DNA of 64,000 nt, from assembly GCA_030704615.1 (NCBI GenBank), contig CM060734.1, forward strand, positions 19,964,001 to 20,028,000, written 5' to 3'. Shown piece by piece: positions 35,445 to 47,542 of the stretch (positions are counted from its first letter, which is position 1; every line of letters begins with the position of its first letter). The position numbers and the translations under genes were made by a program. The stretch is from Takakia lepidozioides. Its lineage: Eukaryota > Plantae > Bryophyta. A model generated the notes under the pieces. It was not told where the DNA came from and did not search any database. It saw only the letters and a list, made by a program, of their open reading frames with translations.

Positions 35445-35810
35445 TTTCTTTCCTTGTTTATCCTTCCCCCCTCTCGCATTTCCTTCACTCACTGTTATTG
35501 TGCACACACGGTCCTCAATATGCATTTCATATGAGCAAGTAATGCTCTTGTAAGCAACCCCTGTAGTTTTTCTAAACAGGCAGCCGGCAGTTCCATTTTC
35601 ACAAGCTCCTTTTTAGTTCTTTCTTTTTTGCTGACCACAAACTTCTCTCCTTCTTTATTCCTCCTCCCCTCTGTCTTTTCCTTCACGCACTCTTGTCTGT
35701 ACATAGACTGTCCTCAATATGCTTTAATGTGACCAAGAAATGCCCTTGGAAGTACTGTAGTTTTCCTAGACAGGCAGGCATGAGTTCCACTTTTCTAAGC
35801 TCTTTTAAGG
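35445..35810. repeat. Diverged intronic tandem duplication (~195 bp x2)
   Basis: TCCTTCAC..GTCCTCAATATGC..CTGTAGTTTT..ACAGGCAG..AGTTCCA..AAGCTC occurs twice. Confidence 0.7.
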
Positions 35811-36944
35811 TCTTCCTTTCTTTTGCATGAAGGGTCCAGCATTAAAGGCTTGGCCCTGAGTCTGATTCGCCTCTTTGTGGGGCCTGAAGAGTGGTAGTCC
35901 AGCATATCTGCATGCATGCAATTCCCTGGCAGCTTTATGGACAGGGTACTAAGTAAGTAAACCAGTGACCATGTCCAGATTCTTGGCTGCTCTATCTTGA
36001 CCCCTAAGGACACAACAGTTAACGGGCGGCCCTAGACACAAACTTATGGGAAAGCTTTGATGTGTATGCAGGCCACATTGTCCCCTAGGAAATCTGCATT
36101 GCGGGGAGGGTATGAAGAGAAAGGGCTGGGGCCACGACCAAAATTGCATGTTCAATGGCATCCTGATGTTTTTGATCCTGTGTGCTCCACCATATCGCAC
36201 ACTCTGGGTCACAACTATCGCATGCCCTTGTTTGTCTCACGTCGAAGCTACCAGAAGCACCTACGACATAAAAACAAAGCCTGTTCAAATTCACAAGTAT
36301 CTGGTAAAAAGCAAGGAGGCTCTCACGAGCCCAAGAAAATAAGCGATACTTCCATTTCAAGTTGAGTGCTTAGTCTAACTGCTTAATACAGAGAAATGAA
36401 ATGAAATGATACTTTATATCATCTCTCAAAGCGCTTATGGGACAAGAGAAAGCATGAGACAAGAAATGAAAGGAAATGAAACCGTACTTTATACCGTCCT
36501 TGGAAAGCTCAAAGAGCTTATGGGACAAGGGAAACATGAAACAGGAAATGAAATGAAACCGTACATTATAACATCCTCAGAAAGCTCAATGAGCTTATGG
36601 AACAAGAGAACGGAAGAAACAAGAAAGAGAGAGGGGCCCTCCACGAGCAGCCCAAAAGCAACTAGTGCTCTATAAGAGTCAACACCTCATGCAGGTAAGC
36701 TGCCAAGCATTTCTGATCCTTGCAATGGAGACCTCCGTGAGAGATTGGGTATCATGGAATAGACAACTGAATCTCCCATGGATCACAGTAGAAAGGCCAG
36801 TGAAAGAAGAAATATTCTTCACTTTCGATTTCCTGTTGTTCCCAGCTCAAGCATGGCATCAAGTTGCAGGTTGTCTCGCGTACCGGCCGATAGAACTGCA
36901 GTTTTGTTGTGAGGTCAAGGTGCTGCACAATGAGAGCAATGTGA

Positions 36945-37432
36945 ATGGTGACCTGCACCCTCTTCACTGTGCTCGTGACCAGCAACAATAGAGTGATGTC
37001 AATTGACTTCGAATGGGTGGGCCGCATTAATGAGGTCAGGTACCCATACTTCATGTCCTGAGATATTCATGGCTGCAGAGTGCAAGCAACGGGCAGCTCA
37101 TCACAGTTGAATGGTGATGGTTGTCATGGGTCAGTCATCCTGGGACTGGGAAGAGTTATATTGGTGACTCTTACATTTTCTAAGTCTCACCAATCCTATG
37201 CGCTCAAAAAAGTTCAAGTGCGCAATGATTTGATATTGAGGTAAATCTGACCAGTTTACCTCCGAAATCGTTTATAATTGGACTTTTTCCGTACATTGGT
37301 TTGAAATATTAGGGGGTCTTCATATCCTATGACATGAAGTATGGGTATTTGACCTCATTTAATCGAAGTCAATGAGTATGAACCTATTGTTGCTGGTCAC
37401 AAGCACATTGGGAGGGAGCAGGTCGCCATGCA
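36945..37432. repeat. Foldback element with ~115-120-bp inverted arms
   Basis: ATGGTGACCTGC..GTGACCAGCAACAATAG..ATTGACTTCGA..AATGAGGTCA..TACCCATACTTCATGTC is reverse-complemented at 37321-37432. Confidence 0.85.
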
Positions 37433-37911
37433 TCTTCACTCAGAATTTTCAAAAGGCTGCTCTTATGTTTGAATTTTCGTGTCTTGTTGGCCTGCATTGG
37501 TGATACTACACCTAAAGTCCCAGTAGAGAGCACCTGGAGATAATCCCGATCAACATTACTTGTGCTTGGTTACACTATAGTGAACCCAGAGTACTGGTTT
37601 TCCGAAGATTGAATGGAGACGGTTGAAAAGAAGATAGTCATATGGACATTCAAAGCTGCAATGGCCTCACTAGATGAGGCTCACTGGTTTCCATATCCAC
37701 CTGACGTGAAGTTCCATGAGTTCTCGTCTGACCATTTATTGCAGTCGTGCTTGATGCAATTTCCACCCCCTCCCTATTTTGGACAGTAGGGAAGCAACGG
37801 GGAGTCCACTGGGCTTAAAAAATGTTGACACCCGAGCAAACTAGGAGGTCTTGTAACCAACGGTTTTGAGCCTGATAGACGTTGTGAGGGCTGGGCTGTC
37901 TTGGGTGGAAG

Positions 37912-38710
37912 GGCTTGTAACCTTGTAAGAAAGATCGTAAGCCAGAAAATGGCCGTAGTTTGAAGCAGTATGCATGGAAATTCCGCTCATAGAATTTGTT
38001 GGTGTTTGAAAGACGATTGGAGTGGTTCCAAATTGTTTTCCCACTAGGAAACTGGGACACCAGGTGCCCAGAACTCACAGCCACAAGTGGCGGCAGGGGT
38101 GACAGCCGCGTCGAAGAGCCACGTTTTGGTGGGGAGGTGGGGCAGGTGTATTTGATTGCATTTAGCCTCGAGGCCTATGGATTTGTAAGAAAGATCGTAA
38201 GCCAGAAAATGGCCGTGGTTTGAAGCAGTATGCATGGAAATTCCGCTCATAGAATTTGTTGGTGTTGAAAGACGATTGGAGTGGTTCCAAATTGTTTTCC
38301 CACTAGGAAACTGGGACACCAGGTGCCCAGAACTCACAGCCACAAGTGGCGGCAGGGGTGACAGCCGTGTCGAAGAGCCACGTTTTGGTGGGGAGGTGGG
38401 GCAGGTGTATTTGATTGCATTTAGCCTCAAGGCCTATGGAAGGGCTTGTAACCTTGTAAGAAAGATCGTAAGCCAGAAAATGGCCGTGGTTTGAAGCAGT
38501 ACGCATGGAAATTCCGCTCATAGAATTTGTTGGTGTTGAAAGACGATTGGAGTGGTTCCAAATTGTTTTCCCACTAGGAAACTGGGACACCAGGTGCCTA
38601 GAACTCACAGCCACAAGTGGCGGCAGGGGTGACAGCTGCGTCGAAGAGCCACGTTTTGGTGGGGAGGTGGGGCAGGTGTATTTGATTGCATTTAGCCTCA
38701 AGGCCTATGG
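37912..38710. repeat. Near-identical tandem triplication (~260-270 bp) of a LINE segment
   Basis: TTGTAAGAAAGATCGTAAGCCAGAAAATGGCCG..GCATTTAGCCTC(A/G)AGGCCTATGG occurs three times with few differences. Confidence 0.95.
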
Positions 38711-39984
38711 AGGCAGACTTGCCCTTTGTCAATCTGTCGCAAATTGAAATTTGGGTGAGTGGATAACCAGATCCAGGTATGGGTACAATTTCCCGACCTC
38801 AATCTCTTGCTGGTTGAAGAGGAAACCCTGACCAGCATGGCCATTGAAAACCTTGATTTTGGCTTTGCTGAGGTTGACCTGCAACCTGTAGTGTTTAGAG
38901 AAGTCTTTTTAGAATGCGAAGGTGTTGTTGTAGGAAGACAGGAAATTGTGCCAGTAGTACTGATTACGTTGGTCCCCATCCAAAGGCACCCCACTCTATT
39001 ATTCTTTTTTGGAATCAGTTTGCAGATGTTCTGTGCGATGGAGGACAGCCCTCCTTGCAAACAAAGCTCTCTTTTCACCTCTTGGGCTCTATCGACTGAA
39101 GAACCTGCTAGCCCATGGTCTTCCCCTTGCAAGAAGGAGGAGATTGATATTAGCAGAGACTCCAAAGTCAGAGCACATCTGAACTTTGAGTCTCTCCGCC
39201 AGAAGCTTGAGGATGTTCTTCTTCAAAGATGGGCCCGGCATCCATTCTAGAGTTCACTTCTCATTGATAGCACTAATTAATCACTTGGTGGTTCTGTCTG
39301 CCGTAGTACTGAACCTCACTTTCCCATGTTTTCTCCCCTTCACTGTGAAGGCTTTCATGACACTGCACCCTACTTAGCAGTCTTGGTTTGCTGGTTACTA
39401 TGTATGTTGTTCTTTTGGCTAACAATTTTTGCAGCTTGGGATATTGTCCAGCTTCCTCTGGCAGGGCCTTCTAATGTAGCCCCACACTGGCCTTTTGTAG
39501 TCTCTTGCTCTACTTCCTTTACCTGTATTTGTCCTCTAAGTAGACATGGTTCTTAGCTCTCCAGCGCTCTGGTGAACCTGTTGTCTCCAATTGAGCCTAT
39601 CCATCGTGGTTAGCCTGAGGTTACCCAATCACTCTGATGTAAAGCCTCTTATAGCCTCTAGGCACAGTTGTTTTTTTGGTGCCTCCTATTACTTTGAGCT
39701 ACAAGGCCTCCATCCCATTGGTAGGCTCTTTGCCCTAAGTTCCAATTTCAATCTAGTGCCGAGGGTGGGTAGGCCCTTCAGATCATCCCTAAGAACCTTG
39801 CCCATGTCACAGACTAACAAGTTCAGGGAAGTCTCATGCCTAACTTCATATTCATCGGAAAATCTTCGAGCAACCAACATGGCTTTAGACATTTCAGCCT
39901 CCAAGTCAGATTCATCAAGCAGGGTCAAGTCTTCTGGGCTAATATGCAGGTACTTGATAATCTCTTCTACTCTTTTCCTCCAGG

Positions 39985-42900
39985 GTTTCTCCCTGTCCTC
40001 TAGGAAGCCTATTGACATTGGGTGGACTTGAAACGGGAGTACATTAATGTCTCTGTGACTAAATGCCGGCCTTGTGACCTCGTGTCCTTGTTTGTTTCGA
40101 CCTGAAGCGCTTTGCTTCAGGTAAGGTAGTGCATTGGATTTAGTTGGAAAGCTTGGGGCCTTTCCCTCTTTAGAATATGCCTACACGGGCCATTCCCTGC
40201 AACTCCCTGGAGTGTGATCTCTGAATGGTAACAAGCGGACTCCTACCGCTTGGGGGCAGCCCCTCCGCCCAAATTGGGCAGTCGTATGCTCTGTCTAGCA
40301 TACTCGGCACTTGGGCTCGGGTTGGTTCCTGTGCTTAAACTTATGGCCTGCGAAAACAATCAAAAATTTAGCTCCTATCAACATCAACACTCCTCAGGGT
40401 GATCCCTGGGAATTGGTTACTTATGCCAAATCTAGGGCTTCATGTGTAGTTTTTGGGGTGAATCCCAGGATGGACGATGTGTCCTTTAAAACTACATGCT
40501 CTAGCTTAGGCTTGGATTTCATGGCTAATGGTACCATCTCGAGACTTGATAACAGGGGTACGTTGAAGGTTGCAATGACCAAAAGTGCTTCTAATAGAGT
40601 CCCACATCAATTCAATCTCAAAGAAGTTCGTCCCTTGACTGGCTGGAGAGCGGTCTTAGACATTGGTGATTCAATGGGGCGTCTAGGAAGACAACCAAGG
40701 GCAACAACTTCAACTTGAGAGTTTCTAATCGGTTTGATGCTCTGGATGAGGTTGAATCCAAACAGCCAGAAGGACAAGATGCCCCTAAGTGTACGGAACC
40801 TGAACGTCCTGAATCTGAAGGATTTGGTACTCTGAATGGTTTACCAATCCTCAAGGTTTACACAAGACGAACAAATTCTATACACGGGGTAATTGTCCCC
40901 AAGCCGTCAGATGGACAATCTGTCCCTAAGTGTGCAGAGCCTGAACGTCGTGTAACTGAAGGATTTGGTACTCTAAATGGTTTACCAATCCTCAAAGTCT
41001 ACACAAGATGAGCAAAATCTATACACGGGGTAATTGTCCCCAAGCAGTCTGACAGGACAATCTGCCCCTATGTGTGCGGAGCCTGTGCGTCGTGTAACTG
41101 AAAGATTTGGTACCCTGAATGGTTTACCAATTCTCAAAGTTTACACAAGACGAGCAAAATCTACACATGGGGTAACTGTCCCCCCTTTGCAGAACGGTTG
41201 GCCGTCCAGGAGCAATCACAAGCTACCTAGACGACAAACAATTCACACGCAAAGGGCTGGCTTGCGGCTGGCCACTTTCAACTTCTCAGGGTTGACCAAC
41301 CAAAGGAAACAACTTGAAGTGGGACAAGTTCTTCGGACTAATGATATTCATATCTGTGCTGGGCAAGAAACATGGGAAACGTCGGATAAACTGGTTGGAG
41401 ATGTCATTGGTTATAAATGGGCAGGTAAGATGTGTACTCTCAAGGCAGCCTCTGCCAAACGCGGTCAAAAAGGGGTCGGATTCTTTGTCCATGATTTCTT
41501 GTTTGACAATTGTGAAATTATCAACAAGGGTTTGAGGTACGAGCATAGTATCTGGCTAAAACTGAATTTGAAGGGCGGCATGAGTACAAAGGACCTCTTT
41601 GTTGGTTGTGTTTACATGCCCACAGAGGGGACCCTTAGTGCTGACGCAGACAAGGCCTTCGAAGATGTAAAGCTGGACTGTGCTTCGTTCCTTGCCAAAG
41701 GTCAGGTGGTACTATTGGGGGACTTCAATGCCCGGGTGGGCAAAGGGATCCATCAGGACGATATCATTGGACCTTTTGGTGAGGACGAGCTGAATTCTAA
41801 TGGCAGACGGTTAATTAACTGTCTAGAAGAGCTTCAGCTTTTGACCTTGAATAACAGGACAAGAGGTGACCAAGTGCAGTGGACTCATGAGAAACCCCAA
41901 ACTGGGGAACGTTCCATTGTGGACTATATCATAATGGACAAAATTTTGTTCCCCCAGTGTGCCAATGTGTTGATCGACAGAACTGATATTGGTACCTCTG
42001 ACCACTTCCTGGTTTGGACTGAGATCAAAAGGTGTTTTCCCACCACCAAGAGATCTGTGAAACGTTCGATTCGGAAGTGGCGCATAGAAAAATTCCACAA
42101 TGAGGAGGTCAAGGCTGAGTACGTCCAGGCCTTGCAAGAGGCTCTCCCTCATTTTGTCCAATCGCCCCAAGAACTTCAGTCACGCTCTGTTAACGCAAGA
42201 AATGAAGTCGAAAGAGCAGTGGACTCTTGGGAGAGTTTCGTTTCCTCCGTGGCTGACAAGATCATTGGGAGGAAACTAATTGTCTGCGGTAGAGCAGTTA
42301 ATTGGTGGACTAATGAGATTAAACTCAAGATAGCTGAGAGACGAGCCCTCTATAAAGAGTGCTGCAATTTGGAAACCAACAGAGAATTGTGGGCGAGGTA
42401 CTACCAGCTCCGTAAAGATATCAATCAGCTTGTTAGGTCTCAGAAGGAATTATACTGGGACAAGTTATACAGTGAAATAAACTCAAACCACCATGGTGGT
42501 AATGACAAGAAATTCTGGCACTTCAATGTTTGTACAAGCCGAAAAACGGTCAGCAAGTACAAGCGCTGAAGACTACTAAAGGTGCAGTGGTGACTTCATC
42601 GGTTGACATTGTCAAAACCTTTGAAACTCACTACAGTATCCTTGGCAGAACTTCTAGGTCTAACAGTGAGGGGTCTTCTGCTGAATGGAGGGACACAGTT
42701 GGAAAAACTGTTCCTATGATTCAAAACAGCCCTGATGAACTGGAGTATATTTCAATGGCTTATAATGCTCCCATTAGTTCTTCTGAGATTGTGGAAGCAA
42801 TTGAACATTTAAATGGATATAAAGCTGGTGGACCTGATGGTATTGTCAACGAGCTTCCCATGATAGAGGCCCTAGTTCTCCTCTTTAACCTTATCTGGAA

Positions 42901-44826
42901 GACTGAAATGATCCCCTTTCGCTGGCGACAGGGGGTCATTGTCAATCTATACAAGAAGGGTGACAGAGAAGAACCGGGGAACTACCGTGGCATCACGCTC
43001 CTCAATGCTGTTGGCAAGACATTCTGCAGAGTTGTAAGTACTCGTCTCGAGGTTGATCTGGAGTCTAGAGGTTGTTTCCACGAAGGCCAAGCTGGCTTTC
43101 GGCGAAACAGGGGCTGTGTGGATCATATCTTCACTCTAAGCCAGATTATGCAGGGAAGGAAAAAAGAAGGGAAACCCACTTATGTCTTTTTCCTGGATGT
43201 CAAAAAGGCTTATGACACAGTGTGGAGAGATGGCCTATGGTTCCGCCTCTGGTCTTGTGGGATCAAGGGAAAGATGTGGAGAGTTGTCCACAACTTGTAT
43301 GCTCACACCAAAAGCTGTGTCACTGTTAACGGACAGAAGTCCAACTTCTTTGACATAGACCAAGGTGTAGCTCAAGGATGTACTCTCTCCCCTCTGCTCT
43401 TCAATGTTTTCATCAATCAACTCCTCGAGGATGTGGAAAGTGAGGGATTTGGGTTAAGGGTGGGTGATACCACCATACCAGCCCTTATGTTTGCGGATGA
43501 CTTTGCAGGCATAGGGGAGACTCCAACCAATCTCCAGGAGTTGATTGATTGCGCGAAGAGATACTTTGATCTTTGGGGGCTAGAGGCTAATGTCAGCAAA
43601 TGTGCAGTGGTAGCATTCAACGACAGAGGAGAGGGAGGAAGTGATCGTAAGTGGCAGTGGGGTAGCCAAGAGATCCCGGTCCTCCCTTCCTACACTTACC
43701 TGGGCGTTGAGTTCTCCTCCAATTGTAGTTGGGATGCACATATCCGGAAAGTTGTTCAAACTGGCAGGGGCTCACTAAATTTTTCCACTGCAGAGGGGTC
43801 AACTCTGAGGTTAAGAAAACCATGCTTTGTCGCGTTATTAGACCTGCCTTGGAGTACGGATCTGCTATATGGGTTGATAACTCCAACCAGGCTAAGTCTC
43901 TAGAATCCATTCAAGTGGGGGTGCTTAAGGAGTGTATGTCAGCATGCTCCAAAACAGCCAATGTGGCTGTTCGGGGTGAGTTTGGCATTCCGTCCTTAAG
44001 CTCCCGACGAGATGAATTCAAGGTCAGATGGTGGGGTCAGCTGCAACATATGCCCAACACCAGATATCCTAAGTTAATCGACTCTATATCTTGGAAACAG
44101 GACCGCCCTGTCAAACAGGCTAAGTCCTGGCAGAAGAGAGTAGAAGAGATCCTCAAGGACCTGGACCTGGATCCGCAAGTCTTGACCCTGCTGGATAAAT
44201 CTGACTTAGAGGCTGTAGTGTCCTCAGCCATGTCTGTTGCCATGAGATTGTCTGATGAAAATGAAGTTAGGCAGAAAACTTCCCTGAACTTGTTTCCAGT
44301 CTGTGACATGGGGGAGGACATCTTGGATGACCTCAAGGGTCTACCCACTCTCGGCACTAGGCTGAAATTTAAACTCAGGGCAGGAAGCCTACCTTTGAAC
44401 AGCAAACAGAAGCAGAGAGGAAAGGGAGAGTGCAATTGCCCGTTGTGTGGGCAATTTGAAGACAGTATTCATTTTCTGATACACTGTCCGGGGTTCTCTC
44501 ACCAAAGAGACGCTCTCTTCAAATCTATTAAGGGAATTGTGCCTGTATCCCTGTTTACCAACTTTGAAAGTCTCGAGGCTGAGCCAAAAGCCCAGGCCCT
44601 CCTGAGGCCTAGTTTTTGGGCAAATCACACACAGCAGATTGATGCTTGTGTGAAGGGATTTCTAGAGGATATCTGGAAAACCCGGATTAATTCTTTATAT
44701 GGAGGTAAGTCTTACTACCAACGTCAGCCCCTGACAGAAGTAGGTTCTGTCCCTTTTGTTCCCGCTCAAACTGGGCGCGGGGTCAATGGCCACAAGGCTA
44801 CGGCAAACAACGTCTTATGAGTACAA
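39985..44826 (+). mobile_element. Full-length non-LTR retrotransposon (APE endonuclease + RT + CCHC; RTE-group/RTEX-like, clade uncertain)
   Basis: 14-bp TSD TCTTTTCCTCCAGG at 39971-39984 and 44827-44840. The element ends TTATGAGTACAA, 6 nt after the stop codon. Confidence 0.93.
41034..44820 (+). pseudogene. LINE pol ORF with frameshifts (~42550, ~43770)
   Basis: APE motifs TFNFSGL, QETW, GDFNA, SIVDYI, SDH. RT motifs NYRGITLL, QAGFR, FLDVKKAYD, GVAQGCTLSPLLF, MFADD, YTYLG. C-terminal CPLCGQFEDSIHFLIHC. Confidence 0.93.
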
Positions 44827-44883
44827 TCTTTTCCTCCAGGACTTAGCCTGTTTAACAGGACGGTCTTGCTTCCAAGAGATAGA

Positions 44884-44929
44884 ATGTACTTATTAGGCTT
44901 TGTTTGCCGTAGCCTTGTGGCCATAGACC
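44884..44929 (-). mobile_element. 46-bp extreme 5'-truncated copy of the LINE
   Basis: Matches the element's last ~45 nt; 15-bp TSD CTTCCAAGAGATAGA at 44869-44883 and 44930-44944. Confidence 0.85.
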
Positions 44930-47204
44930 CTTCCAAGAGATAGAGTCGATTATCTTAGGGTATCTGATATTAGACAAGAGATTCAACTGACCCCACCATC
45001 TGACCTTGAACTCATCACCTTGAGAGCTTAAAGGAGGTATGCCAAACTCGCCCCGAACAGCCACGTTCGCTATTCTAGAGCACTCTGACATGCTCTCTTT
45101 GAGCATGGATTCTAGAGACTTAGTATGGTTGGAGTTGTCGACCCACATGGCAGATACGTAGTCCAAGGCAGGCCTAAGAACGTTGCAAAGCATGGTCCTT
45201 TTAACTTCAGAGTTAATCCCTCTGCAGTGGAAAAAATTAGTGAGACCCAAAGCTTTGAGTTTAGCTGATGGAACCACATATTGTATATGTGCATCCCAGT
45301 TTCAACTGGAGGAAAACTCAACGCCAAGATATGAGTAGGAAGGGAGTACAGGGATCTTTTCCTTGACCAATCTCCAATTGAGATCCCCACTGCCCTCTCC
45401 GCAGTCATAAAGCCACCACTGAGCATTTACCAGCATTAGCCACTACGATATAATCCACAATGGACCGTTCCTGGGTTTTTACTTGTAGCATTCTCTAATC
45501 ATCTCCAATGCACCTCTGATGCCAAGTCTTGAGACGGTGGTGTCATCAGCCACAGAATCCAAGCCTACACTTGAGCAAGTAGTTTTAAAGGACACGTCGT
45601 CCATCCTGGGATTCACCCCAAAAACTACACATGAAGCTCTAGGATTGGCTTAAGTGACTAGTTACCAGGAATCACCCTAGGGATTATGAACATTTTCAAG
45701 AGAGAGATTGTTTTTGCAGGCAATAGAGGGCTGCCCGAAGCGGTAGAGATCCGCTTGTTATCATTCAGAGATCACTCCATAGGACCTGCAGGGAATGGTC
45801 TGCATAGAAGAGGGAGAGGTCCCTTCTCTCCAACTAGATCCAATGTACTACGTTACCCAAAACAGAAAATGCTTCAGGTCAAATGAACATAGTCACGGGG
45901 TTGCAAGGCCGGCATTTAGTCAGAGAGACATTTATCTACTCCCATGTTAAGTCCACCCAATGGTAATAGGCTTCCTAGTGGGCAGGGAGAGAGTTTGGGG
46001 AGACAGAATGTGATAGGTAGAGGTCAGTTGCCTCCCAGTTGGTACCTTCGATTTAGAAAATCAAGAGACCATTGAATATCAGTAGAGTTCATCTACCTTC
46101 CTAGGAGGACTCAGTTGCGGTCTGGGCTCTTATGTTGTCAATTTGAATCATCTGCTATTAGAGAAGAAACAGTTGTCAAAGCCACTTAAACTGATCTACA
46201 ACACCTTTATTTTGTGCTGATTTTGCAGATCACATCTTTCTTCATGTTCCCACCAATTCGTCAAGAGGTCGGGTTTGTGTGGAGATGAGACATTGAGAGC
46301 TCCCCCACCATCCCTTGATGATTACTTTCCTGAGGACTGCGGGCTTTCTGACTGCAGAGAGATTCCAAGGGAAGTCGTCAAGGAGGGGGACCACAGTGCA
46401 GAGTTTGAGGCAACTAGTAGTACTGGTTACTGTACCAATATTGTCGACAGATTTCTAGAGAATGAACATAGCCCCAGGAGCTGTATAGATACTAAAGGCA
46501 AACCAATGGAGGAAGGTAGTACCTACATTGCTTTAGAAGAGCCCGAGAACACAAGTGTACAAAAAAAACCACAATCAGTTGCACTCGAACCTGACTCAGC
46601 TGTATCAAATGAGCAGGTTTCTGACTTAGGAGCAATCAAAGAGGTTACATATGTATCCAGTAAATATGAAGTGCATTTTGAAGATACCAAGCAAGGGGGT
46701 TCATTCACGAGCTCACTTATCGAAGACGTCCCATCAATGTCAAGCACATCCACGATAGTTGCCATTCCTTCACACCAGCCACCATTTACAAGGGAAGCTC
46801 AATTACATGTGGATGAACCAGCTGAAGTCGAGACAGAGATTGACGAGTCCATGGCAGTTGGCTTTCCTGAGTCCTGTCGAAAAGCAGTGGCATGCATGTT
46901 ACATGCTGCCAAGTTGGCTGCCCAGGTGTCCTCTCTCCCAATGAAAACGTCCTCTCACCTGTTACAGTCTCACCTACACACACAGATAGAAGTAGATATG
47001 GACATTCTAATGAGTAAACATCAACTTAAGCTCTAATTTTTCCATATTCTAGCAATCACTCCCCTAATGGCCGGAAGTGCAAAATGCAGGGTAACTCTTC
47101 AGGTGCCATGGTGGAGTACGAAGCGGCTGCTCGCGTTTTCAGGTATATTCATCCTGAATGTTAGCATGAAAGTATGGACAGTTGTGTTTGATTTTGAGTT
47201 TTCA

Positions 47205-47485
47205 AAAAGAAAGGTTGACTCCTGCCGAAGCAAGCGTAAATCATTGTGTCACGTCACCCAGAAGGGCTACTGTATTCATAACTGGGGCAATGTGGTTGTC
47301 CAAACCTGTCCCCAAGGACCCGAAAGTCGTCAAGCACCCAGGTGACCAGTTGACAAAGTGGACACCCTTTTATAGTTGGGTTGGCTATAATGGGTGACAT
47401 CCAACATACACCAATTGGCTTTGAACCCAGGGCCGCTTATAAAGCGAGCTTGTGCCCTAACCACTTGGCCATCTGTTGGATGTTG
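47205..47485 (-). mobile_element. tRNA-derived SINE with 3' UUCG hairpin and T-tract
   Basis: Minus-strand A box TGGCCAAGTGG and B box GGTTCAAAGCC; 3' CTTGC-TTCG-GCAGG then TTTCTTTT; near-TSD TTGAGTTTTCA (47194) / TTGAGTTATCA (47486). Confidence 0.75.
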
Positions 47486-47542
47486 TTGAGTTATCATGTA
47501 TGGGCGCTATGATGTATGAGTATGATGAAGGTGAGTGGCAGT

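Larger units (their letters stand above)
36392..39680 (-). mobile_element. Degraded LINE (second family, RTE-group-like) with stacked (CATTT)n 3' tails
   Basis: Minus-strand remnants: LQVNLSKAKIKVF..EIEV..YPYL (RT end, ~38760-38900), LFDAAVTP..CGCEFW (post-RT), and C..PC..EIESEEYFFFHWPFY (decayed CCHC, ~36790-36860). Three tail copies at 36392-36610. Confidence 0.7.
39715..45992 (-). mobile_element. Older, internally deleted copy of the same LINE family; hosts two younger insertions
   Basis: Its 5' end (~45992) matches 39985-40440 in reverse. Coding ..ISWK|QDRPVKQAKSWRKR (44827-45430) continues as WRKRVEE..GTRLKLELRA at 39984-39715. Confidence 0.88.
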
